Virus record (IMG/VR): IMGVR_UViG_3300048998_000214
Location: 1-43,308 of that record
Origin: a virus
Lineage: Duplodnaviria; Caudoviricetes
Length of the DNA stretch: 43,308 bases
Reading direction: 5' to 3' (one strand)
Part shown: positions 26,942 through 35,275 of the stretch, piece by piece
How the letters are laid out: each line of letters starts with the position of its first letter
Numbering within the stretch: the stretch's first letter is position 1
Notes under the pieces: model-generated
Told to the model about the DNA's origin: nothing
Seen by the model: the letters and a program-made list of their open reading frames with translations, nothing else
Database searches by the model: none
Program-made: the position numbers and the translations under genes

Positions 26942-27177
26942 GCCGACATCCGCTGCAGCAACCGATTGCCGGCGAGATAGCGTGCGTCACCGCGATCAAA
27001 GCCGGCGGCCTCGTAAGCCGTGAGCAGACCGGCGAGGAAGCCGCGCTCGAAGTCACACCCGGCGAGCGGCTCGAACGGAAACCGCGCGATGAAGCCCGCG
27101 AGATACTCGCGCAGGTCCGGCGCCGTTTCGACCGGCTGCCCTGTGGTCGGGAACGGGATGATCGTCGCGTCGCTCAT
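26938..27177 (-). CDS. Hypothetical protein
   Basis: 79 aa; ATGA overlaps on both sides. Confidence 0.7.
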   Translation of the reverse strand: MSDATIIPFPTTGQPVETAPDLREYLAGFIARFPFEPLAGCDFERGFLAGLLTAYEAAGFDRGDARYLAGNRLLQRMSA

Positions 27178-27365
27178 GGGAGCGCCATGAATGCCGAAAT
27201 GGCCAGCCAGACCAGGCCGGCCACGATCAACGCGATGCCCGCCAATACCTTGACGATCTCAAGGAGGAAGCTTCCATCCTCGAACGAAGCGGCGCGGTCG
27301 CCTTTGAACGCGCGGGCCAGCACCACAAGGCCGACAATGATCAGCCCAACCGGTATCCACTTCAT
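27174..27365 (-). CDS. Small two-TM membrane protein (holin candidate)
   Basis: 63 aa with two clear hydrophobic helices; ATGA-coupled. Confidence 0.7.
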   Translation of the reverse strand: MKWIPVGLIIVGLVVLARAFKGDRAASFEDGSFLLEIVKVLAGIALIVAGLVWLAISAFMALP

Positions 27366-27997
27366 TGCTTCGTCTCCGGCGGGTCGCGCGTGATGCCGAG
27401 AATCTTGGCCTTGATCTTTTCGACGGTGTCGGCCGACAGGCCTTCCGTCTTCGCCACGTGGTCGACGGCGGCATTGGTCTCCGTCACAAGCTCCTTGTTC
27501 CTTCGCTCGCGGATGATCTGGGATTGGTTCTTGGCGGTCTCGGTATGCCGTAGCGCCTGCGCGGCGAACATCAGCATCTGCGCGGTGGCGCCGTTGGCGT
27601 CGACCTCGCCGGCGTTCGACAGCATTTCGTGAATCAGCATCTTGATCGATTCCGCGATCAAAAGCGTGATCGAGTCGTCGCCGGCCTTGTCGAGCTTGGG
27701 CGCGAGCACGGCGGCGATCTCGCGCGTCTCCTCGAGACGGCGGCCGAGCACGGCAAGCCGCATGGCGGTGCGGTTGAACGCCGAACGCGAGACCGGCTGC
27801 TGATCGGTGACGCCGTTCGACCAGGCCGCGGTCTTGAGCCGCTCGTTGAACTCGTCGAGAATTTCGAGCTGCGCGCGCTTGCGCTCCTTCAGCTCGTTGA
27901 AGGCCCAGAGCTTGATCTCATCGGCCCATGGCGGCAGCTGGTCGAGCGCGGAGAGACGTCCACGGCCGCGGCCGTTGCCATCGCGGGCGCGCACCAT
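27362..27997 (-). CDS. Terminase small subunit candidate (Mu gp27 / DUF3486)
   Basis: GRGRLSALDQLP, VSRSAFNR, GLSADTVEKIKAKILGI. Confidence 0.88.
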   Translation of the reverse strand: MVRARDGNGRGRGRLSALDQLPPWADEIKLWAFNELKERKRAQLEILDEFNERLKTAAWSNGVTDQQPVSRSAFNRTAMRLAVLGRRLEETREIAAVLAPKLDKAGDDSITLLIAESIKMLIHEMLSNAGEVDANGATAQMLMFAAQALRHTETAKNQSQIIRERRNKELVTETNAAVDHVAKTEGLSADTVEKIKAKILGITRDPPETKQ

Positions 27998-27998
27998 A

Positions 27999-28298
27999 TC
28001 ATTCTCCCGGCCGGCCGGGCCGCTTGACGCCTTCGATCACGAGCTGGCGGCGAAGATGCTGCGCGCCTTTCTCGGTCAGGGTCGCGACGCGCACGCTGCC
28101 GGCTTCGACGATGGTGACCGCGCCCATTTCCTTCAGGTAGGACAGCTCGTCATGCACCCAGGCGCGCGGCTTCGAAATACCGAACGTCTCCAGCTCCAGC
28201 CGCAGCAGCTCGGAATTGAGCCGCTCGTCGGTCTGCAACGCCAGCGCCTTCAGAATGATCAGCCGCGCTTCCTCGCGCATGTGGAGATCGAGGCTCAT
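27999..28298 (-). CDS. Mu gp26-like winged-helix protein
   Basis: RLIILKAL, ELSYLKEMG, ATLTEKG, GVKRP. Confidence 0.85.
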   Translation of the reverse strand: MSLDLHMREEARLIILKALALQTDERLNSELLRLELETFGISKPRAWVHDELSYLKEMGAVTIVEAGSVRVATLTEKGAQHLRRQLVIEGVKRPGRPGE

Positions 28299-28669
28299 CC
28301 GCGCATCCTTTCGTGTTCCTGCGTCGCGCGTTCGAGGATGGCTTCCTGCAGCCGCACCGAGATCGCCTTGATGGGCTTGACGCTCTCGGCGAGGATGCCG
28401 AGCTCGCCCTTGACCTGCAGCATGGCGACCTCCAGCCGGTGCATGCTTTCGCGATCGGGCATGTGCCTGAGACCCTCGCCGAGACGGATACAGTTGTCCT
28501 CGACGAGGCCCACCTTGGCGCTGAGCGCCTGCACGGAGACGTTGTCGGCTTTGCCTTCGAGCGCCTTCTCGCAATCAGTAATGCGTTTGGAGCGCGCGCT
28601 ATGGATGGCAAATGCGAGTGATGCCGACGCAATCGCGAGCGCCAGCCATGGCACGAATTCCTGCAACAC
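28295..28669 (-). CDS. Mu gp25 / DUF2730-like membrane-anchored coiled-coil protein
   Basis: N-terminal TM, HMPDRESMHRLE motif, position before gp26. Confidence 0.8.
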   Translation of the reverse strand: MLQEFVPWLALAIASASLAFAIHSARSKRITDCEKALEGKADNVSVQALSAKVGLVEDNCIRLGEGLRHMPDRESMHRLEVAMLQVKGELGILAESVKPIKAISVRLQEAILERATQEHERMRG

Positions 28670-29016
28670 TACTTCTCCTCTTCGTCGCCGCAGCGCGGAC
28701 CGTCCGGTGGCGGCAGCCCGGCGAGGCCGGCGCTCATCCGCTTCCAGTCGCGATCGGCGGCGCAGATGATGATGTTCTGCTTGACGCGCGCGTCCTGCTC
28801 ACGGGCTGCGAGCTGCAGCAGGCTTTCGCCCTTTTTGGGCTTTGCCGGCAGCACCTGCTGCAGGTAGGCGGGCGGTGGCGGCGCGTGCGCCTTGGCTTCT
28901 TCCCGCGCGGGTAAAGAACTGCACGCCGCGGTCGGTAAGATTGCAGCCGCGACCACTAACCAGCGGATTGGCTGCAGGCTTCGCAGTGGTCGCCTGTCGC
29001 AGCTTGTCGATTTCAT
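28669..29016 (-). CDS. Outer-membrane spanin-like lipoprotein (Rz1-like), overlapping the i-spanin
   Basis: WLVVAAAILPTAAC lipobox then Pro-rich PPPPAYL; different frame within the Rz-like gene; start uncertain. Confidence 0.7.
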   Translation of the reverse strand: MKSTSCDRRPLRSLQPIRWLVVAAAILPTAACSSLPAREEAKAHAPPPPAYLQQVLPAKPKKGESLLQLAAREQDARVKQNIIICAADRDWKRMSAGLAGLPPPDGPRCGDEEEK

Positions 29017-29293
29017 TTTGCAGCTCCTGCTGTCGCACTTGCGCCTTCTCGTCACCGGCCTGCAGCTGCTTCACCGTCTCGGCCGATGAGGTGGCGAGAT
29101 CGGTTGCCACCTTCAATTCCAGTTCGAGCTTCTCGATCTTGGCCTGCAGCGCGGCGGCCTCGCACTTGCCCTCCGCGGACTCATAGCCGGCGTTGTAGAT
29201 GGCGTAGCCGAGCCACGCGACGCCGAGCACGGCAGCGGCGCCAACGACGTAGCGCCAACCGCCCGCGAGAAACCATGCGATGCCGAGACTCAT
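28799..29293 (-). CDS. Inner-membrane spanin (Rz-like)
   Basis: N-terminal TM, coiled coil, C-terminal Cys; directly after the endolysin. Confidence 0.75.
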   Translation of the reverse strand: MSLGIAWFLAGGWRYVVGAAAVLGVAWLGYAIYNAGYESAEGKCEAAALQAKIEKLELELKVATDLATSSAETVKQLQAGDEKAQVRQQELQNEIDKLRQATTAKPAANPLVSGRGCNLTDRGVQFFTRAGRSQGARAATARLPAAGAAGKAQKGRKPAAARSP

Positions 29294-30171
29294 GCGGGTT
29301 GCGTCTCCACTGCGAAAGGATCGACCGTCGCCGTCGCCTCGCCCGACCAGGCGCGCTCGGCGCTCTTACGTTTGCGCGCGGCATAGATCGCGTAGCCGGC
29401 GCCGGCGATGCCGATGACGATGCCGAGCACCGTCAACACGGCGAAGATCGTATCGATCCACTTGTTCGAGCCGACCATCGGCTCCAGCTGCTGCTGCGCG
29501 GCCTGCACCGTCGCGGCACCGCCGCCGCCGACCACGGTCGTTTGCGTGGCCGCCTCCGCGGAGACGGTCGGCAGCGCAACGTCAGCGACGAGACCCTTGG
29601 CATCGCCGCCCTGCTCGTGCGCATCGATCGGTCGCGGACCGACCGAGCCGGAAGCCCACGCTTGTCCGATGGCCTTGCAGTTCGAAACGCGCGCGCTCCA
29701 GCCTGTGCCGAACGCATCCCAGGTCGAAAGGTGCTGCAGCATGCCGAGCCGGCGGCTCAGAATGTCGGCGATCAGCGCGTCGTGATCGGGATGCGAAGCG
29801 ACCGCGGCCAGCGTGGCTTCGCCGAGCTCACCGTCAACCTGATTCATGTGGAGCGCGCGCTGCAGCCATTTGGTCGCTTGCGAGACTCCGGAATTGACGC
29901 AGCAGTCGAACACCACGAAATCGACGCCGGCGGGCAGCTGGTCGCCGTGAATCTTGTTCCAGTATTGCCGCCGATAAATGTCGCGCAGCTCTTCGGTGGT
30001 GAGCTGCCGCACGCTGCGCGTCGGCACTCCCTTGTTGCGGCGGTAGCCGTCATAGACGCGCTGGATGATGCCCTTGTTGGTCGGGCCGCCAGGATCGCGC
30101 GGATGATTGCTGTAGCCGCCCTCGTAGACGAGGACGCGCTGCAGCGACTTGTTGAAATTGGCGGCGGTCAT
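29290..30171 (-). CDS. Endolysin, glycoside hydrolase family 108, with C-terminal TM segment
   Basis: EGGYSNHPRDPGGPTNKGI, IYRRQYW, FDCCVNSG, FGTGWSARV; C-terminal IFAVLTVLGIVIGIAGAGYAIYA. Confidence 0.92.
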   Translation of the reverse strand: MTAANFNKSLQRVLVYEGGYSNHPRDPGGPTNKGIIQRVYDGYRRNKGVPTRSVRQLTTEELRDIYRRQYWNKIHGDQLPAGVDFVVFDCCVNSGVSQATKWLQRALHMNQVDGELGEATLAAVASHPDHDALIADILSRRLGMLQHLSTWDAFGTGWSARVSNCKAIGQAWASGSVGPRPIDAHEQGGDAKGLVADVALPTVSAEAATQTTVVGGGGAATVQAAQQQLEPMVGSNKWIDTIFAVLTVLGIVIGIAGAGYAIYAARKRKSAERAWSGEATATVDPFAVETQPA

Positions 30172-30494
30172 CAGATCTCGCCCGGCGGCGCGAAGAAGCA
30201 CTTGCGTCCGCCGCCCCAGGCGCAGCGCCAGTAATGGCCATCGATCGACGGCTGCGCCTCGTCCTGCGGCACGAACTCGTTGATCGACCTGATCAGGAAG
30301 CCGTGCGGGACAACCTGCACGTCGCCGTCAGTCACCATCAGGCAATCGCGCTCGCCGCAGCAGAACTGGTTGGCGGCGTTCTTGTAGCCGCCCCGCTCGA
30401 TCCATTCCGCGGCTCCGTGCGCGTGTGCGCTGGCAGCAATGGCGATGGTGTGAGCGACGAGCAGGACGCGGAACAAAATCGGGCGGAGCGGCAT
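30171..30494 (-). CDS. Small secreted Cys-rich protein
   Basis: Signal peptide ending AHA; CCGERDC, SIDGHYWRC, CFFAP. Confidence 0.8.
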   Translation of the reverse strand: MPLRPILFRVLLVAHTIAIAASAHAHGAAEWIERGGYKNAANQFCCGERDCLMVTDGDVQVVPHGFLIRSINEFVPQDEAQPSIDGHYWRCAWGGGRKCFFAPPGEI

Positions 30495-30501
30495 TGCCGG
30501 A

Positions 30502-30522
30502 AATTACGGGAATCCCGCAATT
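30502..30522. promoter_or_regulatory. Palindrome centred on GAATC upstream of the lysis/late operon
   Basis: AATTACGGGA-A-TCCCGCAATT (9/10 symmetric) between the Mor/C-like gene and the first late gene. Confidence 0.45.
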
Positions 30523-30555
30523 CGGGTACCACCGCGCGCGCGGGTCTAAAGCCCC

Positions 30556-30921
30556 CTACCGCGCCTGAAACAGATCGAATTGCTTTGCGGTGCGCTCGTG
30601 CCGCGAGAGGACACGCCAGACGGTGTCCTCGCTGCACCCGGCCTTGCGGGCGATCGCCGGGTAGCTCATGCCGCGAGCCTGATAGACGAGCACGCGCCAG
30701 GCGCGGCCGAGCGGCATCTTGATGGTGTCACCGCCCCACGCTTCCGACAATGCCTTGGCACATCCTTCGTCGATCAGCTCGATAAGACCTTTCGTCGGCT
30801 GCTTCGGCACATAGAGCCGCGTCCCGCCATACGTCTCGATCAGCGTCAACGCCGCTTCGGCGCCGACGATCTGCACGACGCGACGGACCTCTTCGGTCGG
30901 GGGCGGCAGCGTCTCGGTCAT
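30556..30921 (-). CDS. Mor/C-family late transcription activator
   Basis: LIETYGGTRLYVP, LSEAWGGDTIKMP, C-terminal HTH GMSYPAIARKAGCSEDTVWRVL; position before lysis genes. Confidence 0.88.
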   Translation of the reverse strand: MTETLPPPTEEVRRVVQIVGAEAALTLIETYGGTRLYVPKQPTKGLIELIDEGCAKALSEAWGGDTIKMPLGRAWRVLVYQARGMSYPAIARKAGCSEDTVWRVLSRHERTAKQFDLFQAR

Positions 30922-31142
30922 GCGAGCACGAGACCTCGCACGGTGAAGGTGATGGTCGAGAGAATGTCAGCGCGTTTGCGCCACACCAGGCGTGCGGTGT
31001 AGCTGCCGTCGCGGCATTGCCAGAGCCGCGCGCTGGAGCGGACGTAGCCCTTGCCGACCCACATCGCATCCGATTCCGCGAGCCCGGTGTCGGCCGCGAG
31101 AACACGATCCATGTCGATGACCAGGCGGCGCGCGCGTGTCAT
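30918..31142 (-). CDS. Hypothetical protein
   Basis: 74 aa from an ATG overlapping the gcrA stop (ATGA); also ATGA-coupled to the Mor/C gene. Confidence 0.65.
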   Translation of the reverse strand: MTRARRLVIDMDRVLAADTGLAESDAMWVGKGYVRSSARLWQCRDGSYTARLVWRKRADILSTITFTVRGLVLA

Positions 31143-31651
31143 GCGTGCCGCCCGATCCATGACGAGCTCACCGGCCGCTTGCCGAAGCCGGCGCCGACCC
31201 GGCAGGCGTGATCGGCGCAATAGGGAGAGTCCTCGAAGGTCTGCGCGCCGCAGAAAAAGAAACCCGCATCATGCGGATCGCCGACCGGATAGCGGCAAGT
31301 CTCGTCGGTCAGCTGCAGCAAGGTGCGGCGCTGTTCGACCGGGATCTGTGAGTCATCGAACTCCGGCAGCGGCTCCGCTTCAATTCCAGCCGCGGTCAAT
31401 GGGTCGGCGAATTCGCCCATCGCGGCACGGCGCATGCGTGCGGCCCGCGCGAGCTGCGGCTTACGCGGTCGCGGTATTCGGGCTGCTCGTGGCGTGCGTA
31501 CCTTGACGCGGCCGGAAAGACCGAGGCGGTGCACCTTGCCAATGATGGCATTGCGCGTGACGCCGCCCAGCTCGGCGGCGATCTCGCTGCAGGACAGCCC
31601 GTCCGCCCACAGCGTCTTAAGCCGTTCGACGCGCGATTGGTCCCAGCTCAT
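31139..31651 (-). CDS. gcrA: GcrA-family cell-cycle regulator homologue
   Basis: MSWDQSRVERLKTLWADGLSCSEIAAELGGVTRNAIIGKVHRLGLSGR and LLQLTDETCRYPVGDP...FFFCG...PYCADH. Confidence 0.93.
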   Translation of the reverse strand: MSWDQSRVERLKTLWADGLSCSEIAAELGGVTRNAIIGKVHRLGLSGRVKVRTPRAARIPRPRKPQLARAARMRRAAMGEFADPLTAAGIEAEPLPEFDDSQIPVEQRRTLLQLTDETCRYPVGDPHDAGFFFCGAQTFEDSPYCADHACRVGAGFGKRPVSSSWIGRHA

Positions 31652-32045
31652 CGTTGTCTCCTTTGGTGTTGAGCGATTGCAGGCGCGGCAGCGCACGCAC
31701 TTCGCGTTCGAACGGAATGAGGGATTTCAGGAGGGCATGCAGGTCGGCGAGCCGGCGGGCGTCGTTGAGCATTTCGACGTAGCCGGCCATGGTGCCGGGG
31801 AAACTGCCGAGCAGGCAGACGCGCTGCGCGAACACGGCCGCGAGATCGACCTGAAACACCTGGTGATGCAGTTCCTCGCGCAGCAACACGGCGAGTTCGG
31901 CGAAGCTCGACTCCTGCCGATCGGCGAGCAGCCGATCGAACAGCGCCTTGCTGCGCTCCAGGTGCGCGTTCCAGTCCTCGGTCGTGAGCCCGACATTCTG
32001 CGCGCGTCGCAGGACTAGTTCTTGCTGGTAGCTGTATTCGTCCAC
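31617..32045 (-). CDS. Hypothetical protein
   Basis: GTG start behind AAGGGGGG; 142 aa, helical. Confidence 0.65.
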   Translation of the reverse strand: MDEYSYQQELVLRRAQNVGLTTEDWNAHLERSKALFDRLLADRQESSFAELAVLLREELHHQVFQVDLAAVFAQRVCLLGSFPGTMAGYVEMLNDARRLADLHALLKSLIPFEREVRALPRLQSLNTKGDNDELGPIARRTA

Positions 32046-32071
32046 GTTCCCCCCTTTGCTTCGGCCGGCCG

Positions 32072-32542
32072 CTATGCCGCCACCGGCTGTTGTTCTGATT
32101 GGCACGGCTGCGACATGAGCCCGCCGGCGTTGGCGAGCTCGAAGATGTCGAGCGTGTGCGTGATGAAGTTGGCGAAGGCGTCGACATCGAGGCGCGCGAT
32201 CGCCGGGGCGAAGTGCTGCTCGTCGTGCAGCTCGATCTGGATGGTGTCGCGATCGACCGCGAACAGGCGCACCGCCGCGGCCACAACCACATCGGCGGCG
32301 ACCGCATCGCAAGTTATTGCTTGCGGCAGCTCGATGGACACGGCGAGGCCGCCGGCATCGCGCGCTTCGATCACCGCATAGCCGTTGCGGCGAAACAGCC
32401 TCAAGCACCGCTCGTCGAGCACGGCGCGGGCGAGGACGGTGTTACCCTGCGCAAACACCAGGTGGAGGTGATGAACGAGCCGCGCGAAGCTCTGCTCGTC
32501 GGGCACGCAGGCGCGCGCGATGATGGCGTCGGCGATGATCAT
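32072..32542 (-). CDS. Hypothetical protein
   Basis: 156 aa from an ATGA-coupled start, MIIADAIIARAC. Confidence 0.7.
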   Translation of the reverse strand: MIIADAIIARACVPDEQSFARLVHHLHLVFAQGNTVLARAVLDERCLRLFRRNGYAVIEARDAGGLAVSIELPQAITCDAVAADVVVAAAVRLFAVDRDTIQIELHDEQHFAPAIARLDVDAFANFITHTLDIFELANAGGLMSQPCQSEQQPVAA

Positions 32543-32898
32543 GACGTGCGCTCCACGTCGTCGAGGTGGAGCACGATGGCGTCGCAAATGACGGCGATCG
32601 GCTGCTCGGTATGGCGAGCGCAGTAGGTATGGAGGCGCGCGTGGAGGTGCTGCGGCAACTCGTACATGCGTCCGTCGCGATCCTGCCCCAGCAGCACGAT
32701 CGAGCAGGCTCTATACGGCGTCCAAGTGATGAAGCCGCGTTCCTTGAGGCAGGACAGCAGCCGGACGACATTGCTTTTGCTGCAGCCAATCTCCGTCACG
32801 ATTTCGCCCATCGATGGCGACCGGCCAAGGCGGTCCGTCAAAGTGGATACGGCGTCGAGTACGACCTTTTGCCGGGCGGTGACCGCGGGCGCGTTCAT
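32539..32898 (-). CDS. LexA-like winged-helix DNA-binding protein without peptidase domain
   Basis: TARQKVVLDAV...GRSPSMGEIVTEIGCSKSNVVRLLSCLKERGFI...ACSI; 119 aa. Confidence 0.8.
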   Translation of the reverse strand: MNAPAVTARQKVVLDAVSTLTDRLGRSPSMGEIVTEIGCSKSNVVRLLSCLKERGFITWTPYRACSIVLLGQDRDGRMYELPQHLHARLHTYCARHTEQPIAVICDAIVLHLDDVERTS

Positions 32899-33542
32899 GA
32901 TGGTTCTCCTTCGGTTGTGTTGGTGGGTGCGGGCTGTTGCGCCAGCGCGCGGCGCAGACGGGCGCCGAGGATGTTGGCGATGTCGTCGAGTTCGACCGCA
33001 TCGGTCGCGGGCGATTGATCGAGCGCGACGAGGCGCGCGGTCTGCGCTTCGACGACCGCGAGCTTGACATCGAGCACGTCGGCATCGCGCGGCGGCCAGA
33101 CCACGCCGGCCTCGCGCGCGAGCCACGCCTTCAATCCCTCGATCGCCTTGGCCGCCAATGCCGGCTCGCGCAGGAAGCGCGGGTGCGAGACCTTGGTCTG
33201 CCGCTCGATGAAGGCGCACAGCGCCTTATCGGTGCGGTCGCGCACCACGCCGAGGTTCCAGCCGGAAATCCACAGCGCCCGGAGCTTCATCGCGAACGGG
33301 CCGTCGAGCTTGACGGCGCCATGCGCCGCCGGTGCTGGACCGCCGTTCAAACTGTTGTTCACAACAAGTTTGGCCTTGAGCTTCTCGATCACGCGGCCGG
33401 CCTCGGCGAAGGTCAGCTCGCGCGACGAGTGCTTGCCGGTCTCCAGGCGGATGACATCGCGGCGCAGCTCGTCGTCGAGGCCGGCCCGTTTGGCGATGGC
33501 GTGAATGGCGACAATCTGTCGGGGTGAGACGTGTGCTGCCAT
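32895..33542 (-). CDS. gemA: GemA / Mu gp16-family protein (DUF1018)
   Basis: AIHAIAKRAGLDD...TGKHSSRELT, KLRALWISGWNLG, ALCAFIERQT, IEGLKAW. Confidence 0.88.
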   Translation of the reverse strand: MAAHVSPRQIVAIHAIAKRAGLDDELRRDVIRLETGKHSSRELTFAEAGRVIEKLKAKLVVNNSLNGGPAPAAHGAVKLDGPFAMKLRALWISGWNLGVVRDRTDKALCAFIERQTKVSHPRFLREPALAAKAIEGLKAWLAREAGVVWPPRDADVLDVKLAVVEAQTARLVALDQSPATDAVELDDIANILGARLRRALAQQPAPTNTTEGEPS

Positions 33543-33901
33543 CACGCGCCTCCGAGGTTGATGGAGGCGTAGGCGGCGCGCGCGCTCTTCGCGCCGATGA
33601 TCAGCGCCGCAACGCTCGCGCGGCACTGCAGCAGCTTGCGAACCTTGTAGGCTTTGCCGCGGGCGGCTTCCGCATCATCTTTGCTGGTGAACACGAGTGC
33701 CGTATCGACCCAGCGCGGATGACTCCATGAGGTGATGCGATCAGCGCGCCCGTGCGGTAGCCGCAGCCGCAGCTTGATCTCGCGGCGGTGCCCGCGCCGA
33801 CGCACCACGTCGATGCCGCCGCCGATGAACCAATCGGCATCGCGAGCCAAGCGGACGATGCCGCCCGTTCCGCCGCCGAGAACCACGAACAGGTCCCTCA
33901 T
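33542..33901 (-). CDS. Hypothetical protein
   Basis: 119 aa, coupled to neighbours on both sides. Confidence 0.65.
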   Translation of the reverse strand: MRDLFVVLGGGTGGIVRLARDADWFIGGGIDVVRRRGHRREIKLRLRLPHGRADRITSWSHPRWVDTALVFTSKDDAEAARGKAYKVRKLLQCRASVAALIIGAKSARAAYASINLGGA

Positions 33902-34590
33902 CACACCCCCGCCAGATCGATGACGATGGGCTGCCACAGCGCCTTCGAATTCGTGCGCCGATAGAAGCGGACGTATTCTTTGGAGCCGATGACGCGGATG
34001 GCATCGCTAAGCGCCTGCATGGCGGCAAGCCATTGCTTGTCGGCGATGTCGAGCCGGCGCAGCTGGAACAGCGCCGAGCGATTGATGCGGCCTTCCTTGT
34101 CGACCTGGAACGCGTGCTCGACCAACGCGCGGATTTCCGGGCGCGCATCCACCGCCCAGGCGGTGATACACTCGTCAACCAGGCCTTTGGCGATCTGCAG
34201 CTCGGGACCGAAGGTGAGCTGCTCGGCCACCTGCACGGTGACCTTCATGCAGCCGTCGTAGGACGTGAGCGTGATGTTGCCCTTCTTGCCGCCGCGCTTG
34301 GCGCCGTATTTCTCGGCGAGCAGGTCGACCAAGGTGGTGACATCATCGAAGGTGTGGCCGCGGAATCTGCCGATCTCGGCGGAAAGCCCCTGCGCGTAGC
34401 TGATGATCTTGCGCACGGTCTGATCTTCGAGCGCGTGTTCGGCCTTCACGACAGCCACCGGCACCATGCGGCCGACGGCGTCGCGCATGTACTGCTCGCC
34501 GGCGACTTCGGTGATGCCGTTGGTGATGCCGGCGTTCGCCTGGATCACATCATCAATTGCGCTTTGAGAGGTCGTTTGAACGTCAGTCAT
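33901..34590 (-). CDS. DUF3164-family protein of Mu-like phages
   Basis: YMRDAVGRMVP, GGKKGNITLTSYDG, FGPELQIAKGLVDEC, AFQVDKEG, SKEYVRFY. Confidence 0.9.
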   Translation of the reverse strand: MTDVQTTSQSAIDDVIQANAGITNGITEVAGEQYMRDAVGRMVPVAVVKAEHALEDQTVRKIISYAQGLSAEIGRFRGHTFDDVTTLVDLLAEKYGAKRGGKKGNITLTSYDGCMKVTVQVAEQLTFGPELQIAKGLVDECITAWAVDARPEIRALVEHAFQVDKEGRINRSALFQLRRLDIADKQWLAAMQALSDAIRVIGSKEYVRFYRRTNSKALWQPIVIDLAGV

Positions 34591-34966
34591 TGATCGTCTC
34601 CGTTGCTGGTTTTGGACTTTGGTCTTGGGTGAGTTCTTGCGGCACGTAGCCGAGCGCGCCGAGCGCGTTGCCGATTTGTTCGACACACGCAAAAACCGCG
34701 CGCCGCTGCTGCGCGATGTCGGGCGCCTTCGGATCGTCGTGCATGCGATCGATGGACGTGAGCAGCTCGAAGGTTGCGGCAGCGCAGCCTTCGAGCCGGA
34801 GCAATCGCCGCGCGAGCGCGACGATCTCGATCGAGGAAGCCGCCATCGCGCCGCGCAGCGCCTGCCGGCCGATGCGATCGGCAACCGCGAGCGCGTCGAT
34901 CGCGGCGATGCGATCATCCAGCGTGGGCGGCGTGGCGGATGCCGGAGCGGTGGCGGCTTCGGTCAT
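34583..34966 (-). CDS. Hypothetical protein
   Basis: 127 aa, ATGA-coupled, GGAG RBS. Confidence 0.7.
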   Translation of the reverse strand: MTEAATAPASATPPTLDDRIAAIDALAVADRIGRQALRGAMAASSIEIVALARRLLRLEGCAAATFELLTSIDRMHDDPKAPDIAQQRRAVFACVEQIGNALGALGYVPQELTQDQSPKPATETIND

Positions 34967-35265
34967 GCCGCGTCTCCGTTGTGAGGAAAGCGGCGACGCG
35001 GCGCGCGCGGAAACAGCACCACGTTGTCGGGCCGGTCCTTTACGCAAGACTCCGGCTCACTCTCGATGCCGGCCATCGCCTCGACCACGTTGGCGGCGAG
35101 CTGCACGCCGTCTTCGAGTGCTTCGGCGCGCCGGACTGCGAGGTCGAGCTGATTGGAAAACTCGACCGCGCCTTCGCGGGTCATTTCGGTGCCATCGCGC
35201 AGGCACTCGTCGAACCAGACTTGCAGCGCGATGAGGTCGCTGGAGAGGCGTCTGTTGGCTGCCAT
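34963..35265 (-). CDS. Hypothetical protein
   Basis: 100 aa after MuB, GAGG RBS, NVVLFP motif. Confidence 0.7.
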   Translation of the reverse strand: MAANRRLSSDLIALQVWFDECLRDGTEMTREGAVEFSNQLDLAVRRAEALEDGVQLAANVVEAMAGIESEPESCVKDRPDNVVLFPRAPRRRFPHNGDAA

Positions 35266-35275
35266 GGCGCTGCCC

